64,000 nt of DNA from the human T2T-CHM13v2.0 reference genome, Homo sapiens: NCBI RefSeq assembly GCF_009914755.1, contig NC_060930.1; one strand, 5' to 3'. Position numbers and translations under genes: made by a program. Below, piece by piece: positions 32,041 to 46,167 of this stretch (the first letter of the stretch is position 1; each line of letters opens with the position of its first letter). The notes under the pieces were generated by a model. The model saw nothing but the letters and a program-made list of their open reading frames with translations, had not been told where the DNA came from and did not search any database.

Positions 32041-32722
32041 CATTCATGCACCTTCCTATCCACCCCACTGGGTAAAGTGCATGGTTATGTGCTACCAAAA
32101 TGCCAGGAGGTCACTGGCTTCCTACTGAAAAACAAAAGAGTTAAACTCAGCATTGTATGATCCTGAAGTTTCTCCCTCAACCCTCTAGTTCTACGAGTCT
32201 TTGGAATTAATGGAGTTTTTGTTGGGACATTTTCTTAACCAAGCTTGATAGAACTCTAGAACGACAAAGATTCAGCCTGAAGGGCATGTATTATTGAAAC
32301 AGACCCTTTAAGACAGGAAGAAATTTTCCATTTTGAAAAAAATTATTTTTCCTTCAAACCTGAAGGGGCATTTTGCTTTCCTGTCATTGAATTGAAAAAG
32401 TACCTCTGCTTTTTTAAACAGTGTAACTACAGCTGCCTGTCTGTGCTTCTCTTCACGTACCCAGACCAGGCGTCCGGCCGTGACGGGTAATCAAATCACC
32501 TCAAGGGACACTGAGCCATCTGCCCCTGATCTCAGCCCACAGAAGTGAGCTGTTGGAAAGGGTTCCAGCTTTTCATCTTTAGCCAGCAAGGTCCAATTTT
32601 CTCAATGGAAGTATTGATTTAAGTCTTTCAAAACAACCCCAGCTTCACTGACATCAAGGAGATAATTCACAGCATCAAGAGAAAAGAAAATAACACTGTG
32701 GATAAAGCTGTTAAGTTTTCTT

Positions 32723-33001
<279 letters not shown>

Positions 33002-33307
33002 TTATTTTACATGCAAAACAAAGCCCTGAAATGCATTTCTCAAATCACTAACAGAAAAGATCAGCAAAATTACCAGGATTTTAGGATTAGGAAACTATAG
33101 TCTTAGGAGGTAATGAGGAGGCTCAGAGTGACAAACTATGGTCCCCATGGAGCCAGCCCCATGCCGGGGTGTTTTTTCCACTAAAGCTGTTCTCAGAGCC
33201 CTAAAAAAGTTTGACAGATACATATTTTATTTTTTGTGTGTGTGTTTTATTCATCTTGTTGGCATAAAAATAGTGACATTCTCTTCTTATGGCAATTATA
33301 TTTGAGT

Positions 33308-33321
33308 TATCTATCTATCTG

Positions 33322-33372
<51 letters not shown>
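33308..33372. repeat. (TATC)n STR, ~16 units, at an Alu tail
   Basis: Directly visible. Confidence 0.95.
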
Positions 33373-33673
33373 GTATTTTAAAGAGACAGGGTCTTTCACT
33401 CTGTTGCCTAGGCTGGAGTGCAGCATTGTGATCATAGCTAACTGCAGCCTTGAACTCCTGAGCTCAAGGGATCTTCCTGTCTCAGCCTTCCAAGTAGGTA
33501 AGACTACAAGTGTGTGGCACCATACCTGGCTAATTAAAACAGTTTTCTTTTTTTTGTAGAGAGGGGTCTTACTATGTTGCCCAGGTTGGTCTTGAACCCC
33601 TGGTCTCAAGCAATCGTCCTGCCTCAGCCTCCCGAAGTGGTAAGATTAGAGGCCTGAGTCACTGCACCCAGCC
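33373..33673 (-). mobile_element. Alu (AluJ-like)
   Basis: Reverse Alu dimer. Confidence 0.88.
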
Positions 33674-33957
33674 TGATTTGTGGTATATTTAAACAAATAA
33701 ATGTATATTTATTTGAACTATCAAATTATGATTGAACTGTCAAAAAATTCCTAGGCTATCAGTTGGGATATATGAAGAGTGATGAGGATTTCATACCTTT
33801 TTTCCTACTGAAGCCTCAAATGTACAAGAAACATCAAAATGGATTGAGTTTTAAATGATTTTTAAATTCCTATTAATACCTATTCTATTCAGGGATCTTT
33901 GTGTCTTAGGTTGAATTTCCAGAGGTGGCCCCTGAGATGAAAATTCATGTGCAAGTA

Positions 33958-34500
33958 CAGTAGTCCCCCCTCATCCATGGGGGTTACCTTCCTTGGGTAG
34001 GTAAGCCCCCCAGTAGATGCCCAAAACTGCAGATAGAACCCTATATATAATTTGTTTTCCCTATGCATATGTACCTAAGATAAAGTTTAATTTATAAATT
34101 AGGCACAGTCAAGAGATTGACAGCAATAACTAATAGTAAAATAACAACACACCAACATTACTACCTTTACACCTTGGGGCCATTATTAAGTAAAAATAAG
34201 GATGACTTGAACACAAGCCTCGCGATATGGAGAGTTGGTCTGATAACTGAGTCGACGTCTAAGTGGCTAATGGATGGTTTGCATCTACGATATTGATACA
34301 CCGGATGAAGGCAGGATTCATGTCCCACGTGGGATACAGCAGGACGGTTTGAGATTTCATCATGCCACTCAGAACGGCATGCAATTTAAAACTTATAAAT
34401 TTTTTATTTCTGGATATTTTATTTAGTATTTTCAGACCTAAGTTGACTGCCAATAACTGAAACTGCAGAAAGTTAAACCTCAGGTAAGGGAGGACTACTG
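33958..34500 (+). mobile_element. MER44B-like Tigger (TcMar) element
   Basis: Terminal inverted repeats cagtagtcccccc / ggaggactactg with a TA target duplication; length ~543 bp. Confidence 0.85.
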
Positions 34501-34650
34501 TAGTCTATCAGGAAATATCTCCAGAAGAAACTGGTAGCAGGGTGGGGAGGTAGGACAGGGAAGGGAAGGCCAAGCCAGGGTGTGATATCAGAGTCTCAGA
34601 GTCTAACTCTTAATCCTGCAGGAAGACCACCCTGACTAGGGCAAGGGTTA

Positions 34651-34947
<297 letters not shown>

Positions 34948-35164
34948 TTCCCAGGAGATAGCACTTCTGGCTCTAGGGCCAACAGATTTGGCAGACTGAG
35001 AGCAGTTTTGTGATTAAAAAAAAAAACAAAAAACCTGCAAATACTGGTTGGGGGACGACATCACACTGAGGGAGGGTGCTGTGGGCAAAAGGGATCTCAT
35101 ATGCTGTGGGTGGAGCACAAACAGCAAGTTGTGAGAACAGCTAAAGCTAACTTAGGTAAAGGGG

Positions 35165-35665
35165 TATTTCAATCTAGATTGCATTTGGCTGCATGTAGTA
35201 GAAATCTGACGCAGTGCCTAACCAAAAGAGTTTATGTTCCCAATATACCAAGAAGTTCAGAGATTGGCAGTCCAGGATTAATATAGCAGCTTCTCGATGT
35301 TATCAGTCAACAACATGCCAGCTCTGCCTTGCTTGTTGCTGCATGATTGCGAGATGGCTCTACTGCCTCCAGCCTCACATCTGCATTCCTGGCAGGAAGA
35401 AGAAGAGGAACAGAACAGAAAAGGCTGTATGTCTACTAGGAAAGCAGATATTTTCCAGAAATCTCTAGCAGACTTCTGGTTTCTTTCCCATTGTCAATAA
35501 CTGAATCACGTAATTACCTTTAGACGTATGGAATTCTGGGAAGGTGGCATATGGTTCCCTTGAAAAGAATAACTTTTCATTCTTTGCTTTTTTTTTTTTT
35601 TTTTTTTTTTTTTTAGTGAAGATGAGAGAATGGGCAATGACTGGGCATACAGTGGTGGCTATCCA
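35165..35665 (-). mobile_element. Old MLT1 (J/K/L-type) LTR
   Basis: gcatttggctgcatgtagtagaaa...agatggctctactgcctccagcctcacatctgcattcc motifs. Confidence 0.6.
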
Positions 35666-35895
35666 ATAGGGGATTTTTTTTTTGGTAAAAATATACTAGT
35701 AGGCTTTAGGAGCTTCCTAAGACAAGATTTAAGTACAGACAGCTGAGATATCTGAGGGATGGTGCCAGAACTTGCCAATGAGGAATTGAGGTAGGGCTGG
35801 TTTATGGGCAGTGACCTGTACAGTTGCACACGGCATGTGGAAGGGCCCTGTGTTTGGTTTCATGCTATGCTGTCACTGAGCTATCACATTCTGTC

Positions 35896-36039
35896 TTTGG
35901 ACTTGTGTTATTAAGTCTGATGGGACAATGGAGCATATGTGTTTTTTGGACTTGTGTTATTAAGTCTGATGGGACAATGGAGCATATGTGTTTTTTGGAT
36001 TTGTGTTATTAAGTCTGATGGGACAATGGAGCATATGTG
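35896..36039. repeat. 49-bp tandem repeat x ~3
   Basis: tttggacttgtgttattaagtctgatgggacaatggagcatatgtgttt; period 49, near-perfect. Confidence 0.95.
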
Positions 36040-37151
36040 AAGTGGCAGCACATGCCCTTGTTGGCTCAGGCTCGTGGTATAGCATGCAATGAGCAATGTG
36101 CATGCCAAGCAGTTAGCTCAGCTGCACAGGCCAGGATGGGACCTGGGCCCAGATTGGTGGTAGTGATCATGGTGATAACAGCAGCAGAAGCAGCAACTGT
36201 GGAGACAGCAGCCATAGCCCTGGAGACAGGAGAAGCTCCACATGAAGGCAGTGCTAGGATTTGTGTTGGGAGGTCAGTTTGCTGGTCTATCCCTGGAGCC
36301 CATTCTTGGGGCATCTGCACAAACTGTAACTTCTTGGCTAGAAACTGCTGGCTGTCAGGCAGTCAAACTTTATCAGTAAACTATTACAAAAATAAAAATG
36401 TACACATAGACATTGCAATAAAACCTGTCGGGGAGTTATTAAGAGTCTTCAGAATTTAGAATCCCTGGTTTTGGAAACTACCACAACATTGCAAAACAAA
36501 TATTCACAAGCTTAGAAACAGAAATTAAATTTAAAGACCATCTCATCTGGTGAAAAAAAACCGGTATTTTCATATAAAGCAATGGATGAATCAATTATTG
36601 ATGAAGAAGACATTTAAAATTAAATTTTATCTTGTAATTGAAGATACAGTGATAGAATGCATGAACAGGTGTTTGCATTTTCAACAAATCATAAAGCCAG
36701 TTTCTTGTAAAACCTCCACAAGTTACAGAAAATGTGAGAGGAAATAAAAAACCATTGTACAATTTGAGTTTAAAATAAAATTCAGACTTACATGAAACTG
36801 GTTAGTATGAAGAGTTAAGTCTTTTTAGAAAAATTATTCTAAAATAATTGTCAGCTCTCGATGTATTAATATATATAATTTATCAGACATTTATCCTAAT
36901 GTCGTCACAGCCTATAAAATACTCCTAACAGCTCCAGTAACATTCACATCAGCAGAAAGATCCTCCTTAAAATTAAAATTACCAAATTTATTTGCAATCT
37001 TGCATATTCCAAGAGCAACTCATGTGGCTTTCAATTATATCAATTAAAAATGAAGTTGCCAAAAGTATAAATTTTGATGACCTAGTAAACAAATTTGCAG
37101 AAGTGAGCCAGAAAAACCTCATGATCAATCAAGATACCATACTAATAAACT

Positions 37152-37472
37152 ATAGACATCCTCGGGCTCTGCATCGACAGATTCAACCAACTGAGGATGG
37201 AAAATATTCAGAAAAGAAAAACCAATTAAAAAAAACCCCACAATAACAAACAATACACAGTAAAAAATACAATATGACAACTATTTACATAGCATTTACA
37301 TTGTATTAGGTATTATAAGTAATCTAGAGATTATTTAAAGTATGCAGGAGGACATATGTAGAGTATATGCAAATACAATGCCATTTTATATAAGAGACTT
37401 AAGCATCTGAGAATTTTATTATCTAAGGGGGTTCCTGGAACTGATTCCCCTTGGATACCAAGGGATGACTGT
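37152..37472 (+). mobile_element. Tigger3a-like element
   Basis: gattcaaccaac...tatttacatagcatttacattgtattaggtattataagtaatctagag...gataccaagggatgactgta. Confidence 0.75.
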
Positions 37473-37641
37473 ATTGGCAGTGGTGGTAGCAGTGGTACTG
37501 TTACAAAAATAAGAGAAGAAACTCATAGACAGAAGAGAAATAATAAGCACACTATTTATTATGTTATATAAGATTAGGACGCCAAAAATATTTTCTTCAA
37601 TTCGTAGTTCTACGTTGTTACCTATGTATCATGATTACCCC

Positions 37642-38030
37642 TTGTTATGGACTGAATTGTGGTCACCCAAGATTCATATGTTGAATCCTTAACCCTTAGT
37701 GTGACTGTATTTGGAGATAGGGCCTTTAAGGAGATCATTAAGGTTAAATGAGGCCTTAATGGTAGGTCCTAATTCAATAGCACTGGTGTCCTAGTAAGAA
37801 GAGGAAGAGACACCAGAGAGAGCGCTCATTCAGCAAGCACACCAGGAAAGACCATGTGAAGACACGGTGAGAAGGTGGTTGTCTACAAGCCAGGAAGAGA
37901 GCCCTCAGCAGAAACCAACTCTCCTGGCACCTTCCTCTTGGACTTCGAGCCTCCAGAACTGTGAGGAAATAAATGTCTGTTGTTTAAGCCACCGTCTACG
38001 GTATTTTATGACAATGCAAGCTAACTAATA
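37642..38030 (+). mobile_element. MLT1B/A-like MaLR LTR
   Basis: tgttatggactgaattgtg...gtgactgtatttggagatagggcctttaagg...ccagaactgtgaggaaataaatgtctgttgtttaagccac. Confidence 0.85.
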
Positions 38031-38062
38031 TGTATGCCCCTATTACATTTTATAAATAAGAA

Positions 38063-38356
38063 TTTTTTTTTTTTTGAGATGGTGTTTTGCTCTTGTTGCC
38101 CAGGCTGGAGTACAATGGCATGATCTCCACTCACCACAAGCTCTGCCTCCTGGGTTCAAGTGATTCTCCTGCCTCAGCCTCCTGAGTAGCTGGGATTTCA
38201 GGCACGCGTCACCACGCCCAGCTAATTTTTGTATTTTTAGTAGAGACGGGGTCTCACCATGTTGGTCAGGCTGGTCTCGAACTCCTGACCTCATGATCCG
38301 CCCTCCTCGGCCTCCCAAAATGCTGAGATTACAGGCGTGAGCCACCGCGCCCGGCC
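38063..38356 (-). mobile_element. Alu (AluS-like)
   Basis: Reverse Alu dimer. Confidence 0.92.
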
Positions 38357-39142
38357 CAGAAAATATTTTTAATGAAAAAAAAAAATCTTTATGTTTTAGT
38401 GCCTTTAATGACATTTTCCTCTTACTTTTAAACAAGGGGCTCAACATTTTCATTTTGCACCGGGCCCCACAAATTACATAGGTGACTGTACGCTGAATTC
38501 AGGTCACACTCTGTGTCTCCCCTACGGCCTCAGAGCGGTTGTCTCCCTGCTTCTCTCTGCTTCCTCTCTCTCTAGATCAGCTGCTTCCACCCTGACTCAA
38601 GTACACAACATCCACCCACTAATTCTGTCTCCATTTCTGAGAGAAAGAATCTAATTGGCTTAGCCCAGCCCATGCATTTGCTAGTCCAGGGTCAGGTGCC
38701 CTGTTCCAATGGGCTGAGGACACCTGGCTGTCCAGGCCCACACTTTGCTGGGGCTCAGGTGGAAGGCAGTTTCAGAGGAGATGGCATGGACTGGACTTGT
38801 ACTTCCAGCTGAGGCACTTACGATGCTTTCACGGAGGATTGTCTGGCTTTGATGCTCCACTTCCTTTTACAAGGTGTTTAGCAGCTTCACTCCAAAAAAT
38901 AAATATAACGAATCACAGCTTAAAAAGCAGAAACCAATGCCCTGTCCTCAGAAGTATCTTAGGGCTGTCTTGCCCAGCTTTCCATTGACAACCCATTAAG
39001 AACAGGATTGGGGGAGATTTTCAACAGCATAATGCAAATGCTCATAGGTTTTTAGTTAAGGGTACTCTAAACTCATTTGAGCATGGATTTTTGACATCCT
39101 GTCTCACTTAATATTAAACCATGCTTCAAAAAAGGTAAACAG

Positions 39143-39421
<279 letters not shown>

Positions 39422-41939
39422 TTAAGCAACAAAGATATAAATAAAAATAGAAATATATTTTCTACCAAGACAAATTTTAAGAACACATTTTTGGTAAGAA
39501 ATATTTATCATTAAAAAGCAGTGAAAGCAAGATCCTTGCTATACATTTTTGGAAGCAAATTTGAAAGATTCCTGTTCAAATAAAAGTAGAAATTAAAATC
39601 ATTGAATAGTAAAATATTTTATATAGTAACACCTTAGTTACCTAGAAGTCGGACTTAAGGACAACTCCTGCAATCTGGAATACAGCAACGGAACTAAGTT
39701 CCCTGAGGCACTGAAACAGTTTTCACAAAATCAATTCACTGAAGCTCATTTGTTTTAGTTGTAGAAGAGGGACTCAGTCAGAGCCTATTCACCCTTACTA
39801 TTCACTGTCTAAATAACTTTGATGATCCAGTTTGCCACCCACAGCATGTTAAAACCAACAATTTACTAGGGTAGCAGGGTGCTGCTAAAATATAGAGAGT
39901 GATTATTGACATCAGGGAGGAAACAGGAAAGGAGGAACTGTCAAACCGGTTTGGAGATATTCAGTGCATACGTGCGTCCATGTACCTTTCTTACATACAT
40001 TTAATTAGCGTGGGCTGAATGTCAGCTATTAGCCTATGACTGTGCTAGGTGCACAGGATACAGAAATTAAGGACTCAGTGTCTGCCCTAAAAGGCTTCTA
40101 ATCTAGCAGAAAGGGTGACAAATAAAAAGGCAATTACAATATAATGTGGAGAATGATTAAGTGCCTGATTCGGCTTAAATCAGAAGATAAGCTAAAATGC
40201 ATTTCAAGTATTTCAGGTAAGACATCTGAAACCCCAAATTAAGATCGGGGTAGTGGGGATGCAGAAATGTGTAAGACTTGGAAGATGATGGAGGTAGAAT
40301 TTGTACTGCAGGATGATGGATTGAGGTGAAGGGCGAGGGAGAAAAAAAGAGTCCAGGATGTCACTCAGATTTCTGGCTGTTGTAAAGAAAGAGTTAGAGG
40401 CTCCAGTCTCTCCAGAGGGCATCACCTCATTACAGCTGACATTTTAAATGAAGACTTGGGAATCACTGACAAAAGGTCAGAGAAGTACGAAATCCATTTA
40501 GTAGCGACTTTCTCTGCTGGCGAAGAAAACACCTCCTCTTAAATGACTGGTATATGGAGGAGGTTTTGTAAGTTCCTTGAGGGCAGGGCACCCAACATTT
40601 ATCCTTACGTCCCCAGTGCTCCAATACAGTAGATGCTTAGTAACAACGTCTTTATTGGATTTATAGAAACCAATTTAGATAATCTTGACCTTTTCTAGTT
40701 ATCTCCCTTTAAGGTGTAAGATAAAACTGTGGAAATTTATACAATAGTCTTTAGTCCTTGAGCAGATAACGGTTGGCTCTAGACATATTTCTCTTTCAAA
40801 AAGAATTTTTCTTAGGAGAATTGAAAATTCTACGTTGTTGTCTTATTGAATCAGATCTTAAGACCCTGACAAGCAACCTTTCCATCTCTTCAGGTTTTCA
40901 GCTGCTTCGAGAGTAGCAGACACCAATTAGCTTCCTGACTGGCTCTGGGGTGTGGAGAGAGGCAAGTTGTGGCACCTCAGGGCACCGGAGCAGCCCTCTG
41001 TCCCCACAGGCACTCGGCATGCTGACAGGTCTCGAAAAGGACTGTCATACCCTAAAGAAAAGGAGGACTCATTCGGCTGACCTTAGGGAGTAAAATGTCC
41101 CCTGAAACCTTTTAGACCCCTAGAAGGTTCCTCAGGGGCTTCTGCTGGAAAAAAGCTGAAGAGGCAACTTGTAAACAGTTAAGTCAAGATGCACTTAAAA
41201 AGAAAATCTCAGAACTAGGTCAGAATTGGACAGGGGGAAAGAACCATCTGGATGTGTTATGAAGCTTTTCAGAAACTGTTTTCATGATTTTTATCACTCC
41301 AATTTTTATCTATTGGAGTAATGTTATTTTTTTATTTGAATATTTAATTTTCAAAGTTAAAGCCTGAGAAATAGAAGCATTTTATCTTTCACAAATAGCT
41401 GTGAGTCATGGTTTATATGTCTTGAGTTTTTCTCAGCTTTAAAATCTCAGTTGGCTGTGAAGTGGGGGAGAAAAACAAAATAATGAAATTGCACAAGGAA
41501 AACCAACTTCCAAAAACACTCCCAACAATGTTCCTTCTTGCATATGAAAGATACATTATTATATCAGATTGCCAAATTTGTGAGCTTGAATAGCAGATGT
41601 TCTCATTACAAAATCTCTGATTAAGATGAACACGGTGCTGCAGGGGATGGGTGCTAGAATTAAAACTAAACTGGGCAGTGGGTCTTCTGGGTGGAGATTT
41701 ATGTCCCTTGGCTGGAGGAGACAAGGTTGTGTGTGTGAAAATTCTTTTGAATTTTCCTGAAGCAGCTGTGATTTTCTGCAAGCCTGAACCCGAGGTAAGC
41801 TGTTTCCATTTCAGCCACCTCTTTATGGGGAGGTCACTCTGGAAGCATTCATCTGGTATGGGGGCCAACACTCCCGGATGTGGGAGGAGCCCGTCTGGAG
41901 GGATGGGCTTCTCATCACCTCTCCCTGGACTTGCTGCCT

Positions 41940-42480
41940 CCAACCAGGGGCCATGGTGACTATAAAGGGACGCAGTCAGTCCAAAGCCACCCCGGGAAAG
42001 ATGTGGCCCGCAGCCTGGCAGGCTGAGGACGTGTAGGGGGCTGCACCAGGCGCAGCGAGTAACCCTACTCCGTTTCTGAACGCACGCGGGGGCGCTGCCA
42101 ATGTAAGGCTCCCTGTTAGGAACGGGTCCTAGCCCTCAGCGGAGGGTCACGAAGAAATGAGACTTTCCTGGCAAGACTGTGGAATCAGATCGAGCCATTT
42201 TTAACTGTAAACGTCTGGCTTTGCCTGCAGCATTTCAAGGAAGACTTGACTGCTGTGCGTTGCCGCCCTCCGCCCCGCTCCCCTGCACTTACCCACCCAC
42301 CTCGCCTGCGCTGATCCGCAGACGCGCGCGGGGAAAGGCACGCGCGATGCTTTCCCACTCGCTCAGCGGGCGCCGCTCACTGGAAACTCGCTCCGGATTC
42401 CGAACCCGAGAGCAGAGCAGAGGGAAGCCCCTTTGCTGAGCAGCTCCTTAGTGGAGGGCAATGAACGCGCTGAAATCCCA
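41940..42480. promoter_or_regulatory. Small CpG-rich island-like element
   Basis: Marked CpG enrichment in non-repeat DNA (gacgcgcgcgggg, gcacgcgcg); GC boxes at ~42264-42276; CTCF-like GCACGCGGGGGCGCTG at 42082-42097; TATAAAG at 41961. Confidence 0.65.
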
Positions 42481-43407
42481 GAGCCTTCTCTGTCAAAGAC
42501 ATGCCGAGTTTGTGCATTCTCAGATCAATTCTGGGCTTTCCTGAAATTTTACTGGGGGTCCCAAAATTTAATTCGGAGGCGTTGCCTTCCATTCTTCCCC
42601 TGAAAATAGAGATATGACACAGAAATATTTGTTTACTAGCTCCCTCTCCCATCAGATATGTAGGGTCTTTATAAAATCCTTGTAAACTTTGAAACTTTAA
42701 TAATTTTTATTCTACATACCATGGGCCTCACATAGTATTTAAAAGGCAAACTTGAAGGTTGAGACATTTGCTTATACGATTGCACATTTGTATTTCGGAT
42801 TCTATACAAACAAAAACGGCTTCCATAAGTGAGCATCTGTTTTCTATCTAACAGTATTAAAATATTTTAAAAATTCACACACCACTTGCAACTACCGAGT
42901 TTCCTCTGGTTCTTTTAAACAATTAAAATTAAATCATAATGGTTCACAGGTTGTATGAGCTCCCTTTTCTGTGGCTGGGTTGAAGAGCTTTCCTTACCGA
43001 CACTAGTCTTATTGTTCCTTAATTTCAGCTAGGTAGATATCTCATGGGATTATTCATCTTCAGCTGTACTCAACTTGTTTTACTTCCTCGGTTCAAATGC
43101 ATTTTGAATGTTTCCATCTGAACTTACATGCTGTGCCTGTCCTTAATAACACTGTTGGAAAGATATTGTTCATTGAATTCTCACCATTCCATCCTAATTA
43201 CTTTCTCTTTGAGGCTTTGGTCTTTAAAATACAATAGCCTAGAGGCCTCTCTGATCCTGAGGGTGGTGCCAGTAACAGAGTAAATGTGCTCATAATAGAA
43301 TTTCCACATTTTTCTTTTAAAAATACTTTTAAAATGTCACAAGTAATATATATCCATTATGAAAACCGAAAACAGGTAAGCAGAAATAAAAACTATGCAC
43401 TTATATG

Positions 43408-43523
43408 TACATATTTATAAATATGAATATATAAAAATGTATACATATTTATAAATATGAATATATAAAAATGTATACATATTTATAAATATGAATATAT
43501 AAAAATGTATACATATTTATAAA
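43408..43523. repeat. AT-rich 34-bp minisatellite x 3.4
   Basis: tacatatttataaatatgaatatataaaaatgta repeated perfectly. Confidence 0.95.
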
Positions 43524-44889
43524 AATATGATACATTCCATTTTAAAAACATTTTTCTGCTAAATAAAGCATGAATACTCTCCTTTATTCTAATGGCTACT
43601 TAATTTTGCCCATACAGATGTAATAAAATCAATTCAATTAATTCTTTATTGTTGGAGATGCAAATTACTGAAAAATTTTTGCTATTGGAAATACAGCAAT
43701 GAACATCTTATATTCTTGTGCATTTGCCCAATTATTTTTATAAGATAAATTTTCTGGGACCCAATTTCATTTTGACCAGAGCTTTTACTTATGGCTTCAA
43801 CCTGCTGCCTTCAATGGGAGCTGATTTTGCTGATACAGAAGATAGTATTGCCTCTACTGGGTTCTTCATATTAGTTCCTCTGACTCGAGTCTTCATTCTA
43901 GTTACAATCTCTCTGAAAATTTCTCACTTTGGGTTTTCTATTCCTTTACTAGAGACTATATGGAGCTTGGCCAAAGTGGCCTTTATGATTTCCACATTTC
44001 CCCTTATCTTTCAACATCCTTCCTCTGCCTTCTCTTTAAATGCCCACAAATCTAGGCAGAATTCTATTCTTGACTACCCTTCTTTGTAGTCTATGCTCTC
44101 CCTTAGCTAGTTTGTCCTCTGATTCTATTTATGAGAATGATTCATCCTTAAGAGCTATCCTTTTCCCCATTTTTTTGATGTGTATTCCCATATATTCCTT
44201 GGCATCTTCCCATGATAATAGTGCAAGTATGTTAAAGTTAGTATTCCCCAGACTCAATGCTTTATTCCAAACTCCCAGCAAAACAAAAACAAATAAAAAT
44301 AAAAAACAAAACCAACCCCACCTCCCAAACAAAAGAACTCATTTTCTTCTTTCATATTCTCTCTTCAAAAGTTGAAGGTGCCCACTGAGCCACCATCAAA
44401 GGGTCATTCAGATTTAGATTGAATAGACATTTATTAACTGTATCAAGTCATATCAGTTTCCTGCTTAAAACTCTCTAGTGGCTCCCCATTGCCATTAAAG
44501 TGTGACTCAAACTCCTTACAGGAACCATCAGGCTTCTGTGATCTGGCCTCTGTCTGCCTCCTGCCCAGATCTTCTCCCAGGCTCCTCCCGCCTCTCTATG
44601 ATCAGCTGCCTGCTTTCTGACCTTCTCTTCAAAGTACAAGTGCATGTGCATCTCAGAGACTGAGCACTTGCTCTTCCTTTGGCCAGAACCGCGTTTTGGA
44701 TAATGTATTTGGTGTTGTAACTAACAACTCATTGCCAACCCAAGATCATTTAGATTTTCTGCTATATGTTTTTCTTTTGGAAGTTTTATAGTTTTGAACT
44801 TCACATTTAGTCTGTGATCTATTTTGAGTTCTGGTGCTGACTCCTCAGGGAGGAACTTCTGGGCTCCTGTGTGTCCCATTCAAGGATGG

Positions 44890-45231
44890 TATATTTGTCT
44901 GTTTTTACGCTGCTGATAAAGACATACCCAAAAAGAGGTTTAATTGTACTTACAGTTCCACATGGCTGGGGAGACCTCAGAATCATGGCAGGAGGCGAAA
45001 GACACTTCTTACATGGTGGTAGCAAGAGAAAAATGAGGAGGAAGCAAAAGTGGAAACCCCTGATAAACCCATCAGATCTCAAGAGACTTATTCACTATCA
45101 CGAGAATAGCACGGAAAGGACCAGCCCCCATAATTCAATTACCTCCCCCCGGTCCTTCCCACAACACATGGGAATTCTGGGAGATACAATTGAAGTTGAG
45201 ATTTGAATGGGGACACAGCCAAACTATATCA
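44890..45231 (-). mobile_element. THE1 (MaLR) solo LTR
   Basis: Reverse THE1 consensus (gctgctgataaagacatacc...cagttccacatggctggggagacctcagaatcatggc...ggggacacagccaaactatatca); degenerate TSD gatgg/gatga. Confidence 0.9.
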
Positions 45232-45362
45232 GATGAGTATTACTTGGCTCCTCTTCGCTGTACACAAAGGGCATGTCTATGGCAGTATTTGAAAAATAGA
45301 GAATGAGTTGCAAGCTAGTCAATTGTGTGGAAGAAAAAGGAAAGGAAAGAAAAGTAATTTCA

Positions 45363-45685
<323 letters not shown>

Positions 45686-46167
45686 TCATATTAGGCATTT
45701 AGAAGTGAAAGGGACCTTAGATCTCATCTATCCCAAATCCCAACCCTGTGGAGGAATCCGTCTACAAAAGCTGTAGCAGAAACCAGCCTGTACTTGAACC
45801 TTTCCAGTGACAGGAAACTCAGTACCTCGGAGCTGCCACTTAATTATAGAAGACCCTCCCTTACTCAGAACTGAACTCTGTCTTCCAGAGACTCCCAAAT
45901 ATGTGTCCTAATTTTATTCTCTGAAGCAACAGACATATATATCTAATGTCCTCGTTTGCAAGAAAGTCCTTTGCATATGGTTACCGGGGGTTCACTAAGT
46001 CCTGGATTCTCTCTCTCTGCACTTCCCCTTAAGTCTTGGCTTTGAGACTTTTTAAAGTTGTTTTCTGGTTGGCTAAAGCCCTTGTTAAAGGTGCTGCTCA
46101 AAATGAACACAACACTCCTGGTATTTGAGCCTAGGGTTTAGTTGATGTGGGTTGCTAACAAGAAACT

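Larger units (their letters stand above)
35792..38488 (+). mobile_element. Long MER45 (MER45R-like) hAT-Tip100 element with a transposase remnant and nested insertions
   Basis: MER45 termini (agggctggtttatgggcagtgacctgtacag; aacaaggggctcaacattttcattttgcaccgggccccacaaattac). ~36880-36985 translates to LSDIYPNVVTAYKILLTAPVTFTSAERSSLKLKL, the hAT C-terminal dimerisation motif. Confidence 0.8.

Noticed and set aside
36350-37130. Domesticated hAT transposase gene
   Set aside because: Only a fragmentary C-terminal remnant with stops and frameshifts.
41413-41943. 176-aa minus-strand ORF next to the CpG-rich element as a novel protein
   Set aside because: TTG start, no recognisable domain or compositional coding signal. 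It cannot be supported without Ribo-seq or conservation data.
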